DNA of 55,489 nt, counting the filler, from Sphacelaria rigidula (Eukaryota), in assembly GCA_964200075.2 (NCBI GenBank). It is 5 parts of 5 records of this genome, joined end to end, with 100 filler letters (N's around TTAATTAATTAA, not from the genome) between each part and the next. Parts side by side here need not be neighbours in the genome. Positions count along the whole stretch, not along the records: positions 44,474 to 55,489 come from CAXNAA020005529.1; 4 more parts are not named here. One strand, given 5' to 3'. A program made the position numbers and the translations under genes. Position 1 is the first letter of the stretch; each line of letters starts with the position of its first letter. The notes under the pieces were generated by a model. It worked only from the letters and a program-made list of their open reading frames with translations. It was not told the DNA's origin and made no database searches. Below are positions 46,372 through 55,489 of the stretch, one piece after another.

Positions 46372-49300
46372 TTATATATATATTTATTCGTCACACTTCG
46401 AACCCCTCCCCTTCCTCGGGACGAGTCCGTGGTCTGAAGGGACCAACCCCTCTCTCCCCGGTATATGTATTTCCCGCTATTGCCGTGATCTAACGTCGTT
46501 GTCGTTATTGTCAAGATCTCATGCTGCTGTTGTCATTGTTGTCGTTGCTGTTGCTCTTGTTGTTTTTACGTTGTGCAGGTGACGCAGGTTCGGATGCGGC
46601 AAGAAGACGGACGAAAACGCCTCGCGGACGCTTTCTCGGCCATGTCGGCGTACATACAGCGCTACCGCTGTCAGGAATCGGAGTTCGATCTGGGTGCCGC
46701 ACTTATGAATCCGATGGCCGATTGTGAGCAACGAGATGCGAATCTTTCCATCACCCAAAACGAAGAACAGCAGCGATATATTTTTTTTCCGACGGGACGG
46801 CTGTGATATTCATTACTACCATTTTGCCTAATCTAACCCTTGACTACAAATGCCATCTACGCCGATTTCATTTACAGCTGGTGCATGTACAGCTGACAGG
46901 AGTCGGATTCTGATGATTATTCTCACAGGTGATTATCCGAGCAGAGTAAAAAGCAATGAGGCAAGGAAATAACACAAGGGCGCACACACATACCCATGTA
47001 CAGTATTGATACACATACACATTCACAGTCATATTCACGTAAACGTACACCAAATTGTATTTTTCATCATCTATAGACGACCGTTCTATGTGTACCTGAC
47101 GCTCTCACGAGCCATAAAAGAGGTACAGGGTACATGTTACCACAACACAAAATGTCGAGGTTTTACCAGCCACGTGATCGGCCGAAACAGCCTCATCATG
47201 CCCATTTGCGGCGAAAAACGTCACAGGTACTACTGCATACCTTTGTGTTCCCTCGTTTCTCCCGAACCTGTAGCTGAACTTTGCGCCTGGAACTAAGCCT
47301 GGCGGAAACCGTACCTGAACCTGCCAGTTGTGAGGAAGCTGAACTGAACATGCCATCTTTTCCCGCCCTCTCAGCAGTGGCAATAATAACGATGACCTTA
47401 TGCACTGCACTGTCGAGGTCGTCTTTCGGGGTACAGTAGTCCAAACCTTTGACACGCGTTCCGATATACCAACGACATCCAAGAGTCATCCTACGATACG
47501 GGGGAGGGGGGGTATTTCGGGCCACTTATTGCACGAAATATCAAGTCAAATCGTCGCTGAAAGCAGCAACGGTTGTTCAAACGGGCTCGTTATGGATATA
47601 TGACGTTCATGCATACTGCTTGACACCGCTTTTGACCGAAGGCAAGCGCACCACGAGTGTGGCAGGTCGTGTGACACATCTATGAGCCTCTTTTTTAGTG
47701 CAATCAGGTGCTCCCCCTCCGTACCGTAGGATGACTCCCAACTCTTTCACACGTCGAACAGATCGTGAGCTTCCCTAAATGGAATAGCTAGTCGAAAGGG
47801 ACTATCTCTCCCATCCGTCGTCCAGTACATGACAGGGGGGCCTGAGGAAACAAGGCGTTTACCTCGGCGCTACGCCCGCGTGCTCGGCGTCCAGGGCCCC
47901 AGGGAGCACATACGGGAAAAGGGGGCCGAATGAGCTACAGTAGCGAGCGTATTTATTTATTACTATTTAGGGGTGTTTAAGGCATTTCCTCGCGTACTAC
48001 TCTTCGAGAGAACTCGAAATTGCTGGTGTCGGTGAATTTTGGTACAATGGACAGATCATCTTTGGAGTACAGTGCCCAAGTCAGTGCCAGTTGATATTAT
48101 CGGGGCGAAACGAGTGAATACCCCGTTTATCAGGAGGGTGTTATTGACAGTGAAACACAGTTTTTCGGCCCTAGTGCGATGAGTAGGCAGAATTTCTGAA
48201 AAATAAAACTGTACATTTTTTCACGAAGATGATCAGGACAGACTCGATCGACCGAAAATGCAGAAGAGTGAGAATCTAGGCTGAAACGTGGCAGGACCCC
48301 CGATGTGACTCAATATTGAATACATATCATTTTTTTTTAGGAATGTGGAGCGGATACAAATGTCTTCAGATCCCCGATGTTATAAGCGGTGGCAAGCGAA
48401 AAGAGCCCGAGAAAATAGCCAATTACGAAAAAATCAGAAAATGCCACAAAATGAATAGACCACCCACTACTGTAGCTCATGATCCAGATCACACTTATAA
48501 GAAGTGATGTTGAGGTAGCTCCTGAGTTTTCCGGCGTGTGGGATTTTTGCGCCGAGGGTTGCCGGGTGCATTGAGGGGTAGAGGTACCAGATTTGCCCGC
48601 GATAGACTAGACACCACGTGTCTGGACAAGATGATCAGGCGCAGACAGTGCCCACCTAGGCAGGATCTCTTATTTTTGTTCTTTCTTTATTTTTGGCCAC
48701 ACTTCTAACCCGTCCCATTTCTCCCTCGGGACGAGTCCGTGATCTCAGGAGATCAACCCTTCTCTCTTTTGCCCCGGCACAGTACACGCCCTTGCACTTT
48801 GGTATCGCGGATTGGATCATGACCAATACTCTATCCCGCACCGTGACGACTCCTTTCCTAATATATTAAAATAAATAAAAAACGTTTTACTGCTGACGTG
48901 CGGCTTTTCAACTACAGGAATCAGTCTCGTCTCAGCAGGAAGCATGAGTACATCTAGCGATGACCGAACCCACATTTTTTCCGACCTAATAGCGTCAGGG
49001 ATACCATTAGACCCACCGGGGCGCGGCAGTATGGCATGGTAATAAACGGGCACTTGCGGGTACGTCACAAGTTAAGCGGCGTCGGGCCAGGCTAGTACTG
49101 CGGTGGGGGACCACGTGGGGAGCCCTGATTTAACTTGATGTTAAAGGAACAGAAGCAGAGCCCCCTACGTCATGCCCCACCGTAGTACTACAATAGCCTA
49201 GCCCGACGCTATTTTGACGTGTAACGATAAGGTGTGACGTGTACCGATAAATGCCCTGGATAAAAACGTTTTCTCATTATACAACATAACCATCATGGTA

Positions 49301-49645
49301 ATCATTTCCTGTCTTCCGCGCTTCATAAATTCATCCACTCCTTGTCCAACCCTGCTATCTTCCTGTTTTTGAGTTTGGGCACACACTCCTTTAGTTCCTC
49401 TCTTGTAAACTCCCTCTTCACTTCTTTTGTGCCACTATCCTCTTATTGTGATGCCTCTACATTTTGCCTGTGCCCACGGGGGGGGGGGGGGGGGGGGGGG
49501 GGAGGGTTTATTCCAGCCCGGGGGGAACTGAGGGGGCGGTTGAGGGGGGGATCGATGCAACAAAAAAAAAAAAGGGGAAANNNNNNNNNNTTGTCCCTCT
49601 CCCTTCTTTTGTCGTTGGGGGTGGTGTGTTTGGGGGGGTGGGTGG

Positions 49646-49678
<33 letters not shown>

Positions 49679-52600
49679 AGGGTTTATTCCAGCCCGAGTC
49701 GAACTGAAGCGGCGATTGAGCTGGTGATCGATGCAACTAATAAAAGAAAGGTGATACAATTATGATGACGAGGGCGAACAATTAACCACCCACGTGCTCC
49801 TCGCTTACGCGTCCTCTCATTTATCTATTCCCGATGTTTTTTCGATAAAATGTTGAGCTCTTTTGAGCCATTTCCATGAAGTGGATGATGTGTGAAATTC
49901 GTTGCCCAAAACAAGGGGGTTCATCGGTTGCGATGTACACCGAAACATAAGGCTGCTTGACGTGCATTCTCGCTGACTACCGATATCAACATCGGTCGAA
50001 GTACCTACTCTCTATAGTACATATGTATAGATAGATCGACAGATGGGTACCTCTGCCTCGAGCAACGTCTCACCGTGGACTGCTTTTGGCAGCCATTGGG
50101 TTGAAATCCCCTTCCATGGGATGACTATTTTTCTTGCTTTTCTTGGTCATTGTCCGTGCCCGCATGCCTCTTGACAAACAGGCATCGCCGAGGTCGGGGA
50201 TAAACACGCCGCCGTGAGAGACCTTCACCAAGAAAACAAGGTAAGAAGACTATGGATGCCAAGAGTTTGCGCCGATAGCCGAAACTACAGGGGTCATTTT
50301 TTTCTTTTTTCACCCCCCGCCCCTGATATTTTGTCCATTTATTCCGTGATCTACGAACAAGAATATCTTGGGTTTTTTTCGTGTGTCTACATGCACGGAT
50401 TTTTTTCTTCAATTGGTATTTTGTTGGGCCCTCGGCAAGCTATTATAGATACAATAAACAAAAAGGGAATGCTAAACGTTTTGTGCACGTGGGTGTGTAC
50501 TGTGTGTGTTACGTTCTGTTCGAGTGTTCTTCTATGATCGTTTAGACACACGGCAGACACTGTGATTATGTCTCGTAACTTGTGTCTCATGCTGCTTTTC
50601 GTTTTGATAAGCGAACGACGGCCGATTCAGTTACTTCTGTGTGCGTATATATTCATCCACACTCTGGCCCTCCGTTCAGTAAGATGGCAGCGGTTGCTGT
50701 CGATAGCTGTGGATGGAAGATGACCGTAGAACAAACGTTTTGAGTCAATCACAGCACACTTTAGTTCGGGCGAAAGCAGCCAGAAAGCCAGCCTGTGGCC
50801 ATCGTTGTACGTCGTGGCCATCGTGATACATTCCTCTCGGAGCGGGCCTTCACGGTCGAAGAAGGCCTACCTACCACATGGCGAAGGTGTACAAAAGACG
50901 TGAGCAGTCAGGCTCATCTTCTGAGTAGTGAGCAGTAGTACATTTGATGCTGTTTCTGTCAAACTACCCGGAAAATCCGAGATTCGTTTGACGGCTGACT
51001 GAACACGCCGCAAACCGACGAAACGAAACTTGTTTCTCGAGATTCCCATACTTTTGCGGTCCTTGTCTTGCTTTTTTTTATATTATACGTAATGTCCCAT
51101 GAAGATATTGAAAAGTGTACTTTTTACCACGTGTCCGTGCTGAGGGTTCCGGATTCATGAGGTGCACCGTGGCGGTGCTTTGCGAGTAGAGGGATTGCTC
51201 GTCAGGAATGTTCACTGACAGGACGGCTGCCTTTTTTCCCATTCCTTCTTTCTTTTTCTTTTTTTCCCCTTTTTTTCCTCTTCATTATTTTGTTTTCAAT
51301 TCCCTTCTTTTTTTTCATTTCTTTTTTCCCTTTCCCTCCCTCCCTTGTGTATCCTTCTTTATTTTCCTCTTTTCCTCTGTTGTGTTCGTTTTCGATATTT
51401 TTGTTTTCATTCATACGGTGGCAATTCGTTGCTGTCGTATTTTACAACGTACGTCCTTTTTATTTGTTCCAGGATTTGGATACCGAGTTCGATCACACCC
51501 TCCGGCGGTACATCATGGGCGTCAACGACTACATGGAACACCACCGCGAGCTGGACAACCATGGAAAACAATTCCACAGCATCAATCATCGTAGCCCCAA
51601 TAACTCCCCCCCGCCACAGGGGGTAGTTGGAGATATGGACTTGGCAAACAGGCGAAGGACCATGAACCAGGTGCATTGCTGCATATCTCCGTCAGGATCT
51701 CAAGTCGGACGTTTGTTATCGGCACCTCTACACTTTCTCTACAGTGCGCACAACTCACTAGTTTGGTTTTTGCGCAATACTGTACTGTACTGTACGACAC
51801 GTCGAGTGTAGGTATTATCGTGTTATGCTTTAAACATGATACATGACCTATGTTATAATTTGAATTTCGGTAGAAGAGCTTGATTGGTCCGAGGAACATT
51901 GATATTTTAAATGCATTGGAACAAGCGCGCGTCGCGTCAGTCATGCTTTTCCTCGTATGGTTGTGTTCCTTATCTAGTATAATTCGTGTGCTTTCCCGGC
52001 AGGTCGAACGCAGTAGCGATGCTGCAGTAGTGATCGATCTGGCAGGCGACAATAACGACGACAACAACAACAACAATAGCAACAACTACAACAACTACAA
52101 CTACAGCAACTACAACAACAGCTACTACCACAACAACATAAACAACCATAACAGTCACAGCAGAGACAGCGGGATTCAAGACGCCACGGGGACCCAGCAG
52201 CGATTTTCCTCGGCTCATCAACGCCAACAACACCACCATCATCACCATCACCCGCAGCCACGCGGGGAAGGGAGGGGAAGCAAAATCTCCTCCCGTTGGA
52301 TGGAGGGGTATGGTGCCATGTCTTCAGGCGGAGACATGGCGACCGCAGGGGCGGGCATGATCCCGGGGGGCGCGGGAATGCAGCACATGCCACACCATGG
52401 GAGACACCACGACATGGGAAATCATCATGGTCGACAGCTGGAGTCTTTAGACACCATGAGTAATTCATCCGGCGGTGGAGGTGGAGGTGGAGGTGGAGTG
52501 CGGATATATGGAATGGCGCCATCGTCTCACCCTCCCGGCTCTGCTGCGGCAATGGGTATTGGTGGTGGGCAGGGCGCATTGGGGGTACTCGGCGCACGCG

Positions 52601-53757
52601 AGGGTGGTGGCCCGCTGGGGGACAGGTCATTTCAGGAGCAACAACACCATCAACGACAACATCAAAAACCTGAAGGGTGGAGGTCTCAGCACCATGGTGA
52701 ACGGCACGATCAGCAAGTTTTAATGCAGCAGCAACTTCAGCAGCAGCAGCAGCGACAACAACAACAACGCGGCGGTGGGCCGCACCGAGATCAGCCGGGA
52801 GGGTCGTCACCTACGCCCGATAAACTATCTCTTTCCCCACCGCGAGGCATGCTATTTCCGCCGATCAGCAGTGACGCTACTGATCCCAGCGCGCCGCATG
52901 TATCGACGACGTTGGGCGGCGTAGGTGACGGAATCAGGCCCCGATCCATGTCTCCCGCTGCTGCTGCCGCCGCCGCCGCTGCCGCCGTTGCCGCCCAGCA
53001 ACAAGAAGAAGGGGAGGGGGTTCAACAGGTAAGGCACCTGCTGCGCGTGCGGCAAGCAATGCTGGGCGGGAGCAATGGCGGCGGTGATGGAGGCAACAGT
53101 CATAGTGCCCCGTCATCGCCGGTAGCCGCAGGGCCGGGCAAGGGACAACCGCCGACGAGAGGTGCTGCAAGCGATGCTGGTATTTTCGACCCACAGCAAG
53201 ACCACGCATTGCAGCAGCACCGCCATCGGCCTTCTGGCAACAGTGTCAACCATGGAGAGTCGGCGAGAATAGGAGTAACCCCCTCGGCGGTCGCTGCAGT
53301 CGCCGCCGCAGTTGTCACGGCTGCAGCCTCTGCTTCATCGGCCGGCGGCGGCGGTGATGCCGCCCCCGAAGATGCATCAGAAATGATAGGGTTTGGGGGC
53401 TGGGATACGTCGTCCTCGGCAGACGCAGGCGCTCCTACCGGTGCCTCCGCTGCTGCTGTCGCGATGAAGAAGCCCGATAGCTTCTGGGGGGACAACGATA
53501 ATGCCGGGGTAGCGGCGGCGGCGGCAGCGGCGGGCGAGAGTGAGGGGAAGGCGAAAGAGGCTGCGGCCGAGTATGGCAGTGTCGACCCATCCATTGGGGA
53601 TATCATGGGCGATGGCGATGAGGATGATGGTGTGGTCAAGGGTGTCGAGGGAGGAGACGAGGCGTGGGAGATTGAGGAAGGAAAAGATGAGCGGGGCGAA
53701 GAAGGGGAAGACCAGGACGTTGGCCAGCATGCGCAAAAGAGACCCCGGCGGGAGTAA
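45931..53757 (+). CDS. 3' part (5 exons) of an uncharacterised coiled-coil and low-complexity protein, probably nuclear
   Basis: Exons 45931-46038, 46579-46723, 50182-50240, 51473-51670, 52003-53757 (TAA) join in frame with AG/GT borders: RIGVLLDRVQNTQEHELPELGRRVKAIETFQSLGDE-VTQVRMRQEDGRKRLADAFSAMSAYIQRY...C-IAEVGDKHAAVRDLHQENK-DLDTEFDHTLRRYIM..., then a 584-aa N/H/Q/G/A-rich exon ending QKRPRRE. 5' exons are absent from the contig. Confidence 0.8.
46268..46369. repeat. (TAT)n microsatellite
   Basis: Long ATT run in an intron, adjacent to a SINE family 2 3' end. Confidence 0.95.
46383..46462 (-). mobile_element. SINE family 2, 5'-truncated 3' end
   Basis: CACACTTCGAACCCCTCCCCTTCCTCGGGACGAGTCCGTGGTCTGAAGGGACCAACCCCTCTCTCCCCGG, homologous to 10287 and 48698; followed on the minus strand by an AT-rich tail. 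Confidence 0.75.
47938..48472. mobile_element. 535-bp Tc1/mariner-type MITE in an intron
   Basis: TA|CAGTAGCGAGCG ... GACCACCCACTACTG|TA. The first ~250 bp is the reverse complement of 2397-2649 (GGGGCGAAACGAGT-AATACCCCGTT-ATCAGGAGGGTGTTA). Confidence 0.8.
48669..49026 (-). mobile_element. tRNA-derived SINE, family 2 (apparently full length)
   Basis: Minus-strand head CCGCGCCCCGGTGGGTCTAATGG (A box) ... GTGGGTTCGGTC (degenerate B box); 3' end CACGGACTCGTCCCGAGG...GAAGTGTG plus A-rich tail AAAAATAAAGAAAGAACAAAAATAAG. Confidence 0.65.
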
Positions 53758-54849
53758 ATATTCAAAAGTGGCGTTTAAGCGCCGGTAGGGAGTCTTGGAA
53801 GTGGTTGTACCTGCTGGCTACTCTATCGTTTTGCGGCCTTTTGCTTGAGATTTTGTTCCATTTTGTAGACTCAAGATCTGCCGTCTGTTGACGACGTTTC
53901 GCCGAACAAGGGGCATAAGTTGATGTTCCATTCCTCATTTTACCTTCTACTCACTCAGAACCGTCGTTGGCGACTGTGCGGGAGAGAGAGCGCTTCAAAC
54001 GTAAACTGCGCAAGTCGATGTGCTGCGTACTCTGATATTGAAGTAGCTCGGCGGTGGGGTGGCAGTGTTTTCAATCGAGTTTGAGGTATGGGGTACGAGA
54101 AGACCGTGAGTATTTGGGCTTCTGTCAGCTATCGATTTGATTTGAATTTCCAACTGGAGTTGTTGGCTGTTCCAACTAGAGTTGGTAGCTGAGTATGATG
54201 TATCGCCGATAAGCGATAGCGCAGCACAGATGTGTTCATGGTGCTTGTTGATATTTCTGCAATAGGGGTGCTTTCGCCTACGGCTGCCGGGAGGGAAGGG
54301 GTCGGGGGGAGGGGGGTGGCATCCACTAGCATGGACCCGTCGTTGGGTACAACATGAATCACGCGCTTCCACGAGAGTATCTAGTCACCGTGTCAGAAGA
54401 AGTAGCCAGCGGTGAGAAAAAGGTAACCTCGATGTCTCGTCAAAGAAACATGTGTGATTACTATTATAATCTTCACCAGAAGAATAATCTTGATTCACCC
54501 ACCTCCTTGAAGTCATCAGGCCGTCTCATCGGCAGAATCAACCTTTAAGTGAGTAGTGCAACGTGACCCCTGGGCTCGCAGTCAATGTTTAGTGTCACGG
54601 AGCACCGAAACACCCAACCTCGGCTCTCTGTTTCCTTGAGACGAGGCCGCGAACATCCATCGCGCAAGGTCTTGTTTACCAAACGATCCCATCCCGAAGA
54701 GAAATTTCAGCGACGCAGGTTATCGCGGTGTGGCCCCCACAGATGACGAAGATATCTAGGTTGGACATTTTCCCAACTCCCCGAATGATGATCCTCGGTA
54801 TCCTACAGTACAACACTGGGGAACGCTCACGTTTCTTTTTCCGCCTGAC

Positions 54850-55450
54850 CTACTATGTCTTGTCCTCACAGCCCAATCGTGATGCTCATGTGCATATGAA
54901 GGCGCGTTGCCGTTCTCACATATTGGGTGAAATTATCGTATGCACCACTATTTTACCCTTGCAGCGCCCAACGATTTCTGTTTCGAGAATACGTCCTGGT
55001 AGTCCCGAAACATTTGGAGTGTGATCATTTTATGCCTAAAGGATCCTTGTGTGACCCTCTGGCGCTAAACCGGACTAGAATGTATGTCAAATTTCTTTTC
55101 GGGAGTATGGTAGGCTCAGCGGTCAATGTACACGGTTGAGCGCGCCATTTGTTTTTTCGTGGGGTGGTACTTGAAAAGGTGACCATACGACTGGCCAAAT
55201 ATTGGGTATAGTGAAAAAAGTGAAATCCACTGTAGAGCCTGCCTATTGTCATTTTCCAGTTGACTTCGTGTAAACTTACGGTCATTTCCTGGTTGTTGTT
55301 GTCTGATTGTAGGACGATACAGAATACCCAGTATCGAGGAGTGCTGCAGATGTTTCGTAGGATCATATTAAGATTTTCCGAGAATAATAAGATCAAAGGT
55401 ACACGTACGCATGCCGTCACCGTCGGCAACTGCAGCTGAGTCATGGTACG
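54850..55450 (-). pseudogene. Possible decayed Ty1/copia integrase fragment
   Basis: Minus-strand pieces in different frames, RHAYVYL, CIVLQSDNNNQE and LGIK*..TPN, occur in the order of copia rve motifs (R..WVY.L, +RSDNGGE, GI....T.P..P). Heavily disrupted. Confidence 0.3.
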
Positions 55451-55489
55451 ATTGGAGAGGGGGGGGGGCGTTCTCATGTGTTGCTTGCC

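Noticed and set aside
46405-46450. Hammerhead-like GACGAGTCCGTG motif in the dispersed 80-bp repeat
   Set aside because: Lacks the CUGANGA and GAAA core in the correct arrangement; better explained as a SINE 3' end.
49470-49745. Duplicated GGGTTTATTCCAGCCCG...GATCGATGCAAC with poly-G runs (G-quadruplex or Gly/Pro-rich ORFs)
   Set aside because: The two copies flank a 10-N gap and the first is a G-corrupted version of the second, consistent with a sequencing or assembly artefact.
51974-53765. Long antisense ORFs (278 aa, 221 aa)
   Set aside because: Shadow frames of the GC-rich, low-complexity terminal exon on the plus strand.

Overview
Eukaryotic, intron-rich, repeat-rich genomic DNA, most likely from a brown alga (Phaeophyceae). 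This assignment is inferred from gene style, the 'SRWSC' discoidin-like domains and a flagellar gene. The window is not one locus: it is five contigs of 11019, 11019, 11018, 11017 and 11016 bp, joined by identical 100-bp linkers (44N-TTAATTAATTAA-44N), so no synteny can be read across the joins. Splice-and-frame reconstruction by eye gives four coding units: (i) a 13-exon, 3'-truncated CCDC39/FAP59 axonemal ruler gene on the minus strand with two probable GC-AG introns; (ii) an 11-exon partial gene on the plus strand encoding three tandem F5/8-type-C/discoidin-like beta-sandwich domains, a Pro/Thr/Ser linker and the N-terminal cap of a right-handed beta-helix (pectin-lyase-like) domain, which is the most interesting protein here; (iii) the 3' five exons of a coiled-coil, low-complexity, probably nuclear protein; (iv) one orphan internal exon. 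The rest is a mosaic of non-autonomous mobile DNA: two tRNA-derived SINE families, TA-flanked Tc1/mariner-type MITEs, TTAA-flanked piggyBac-type MITEs (including a tandem array sharing TTAA junctions), fold-back elements, decayed Harbinger, pogo and copia-like coding relics, and tandem repeats. I found no rRNA, intact tRNA or CRISPR array. Most ORFs in the six-frame track are spurious.
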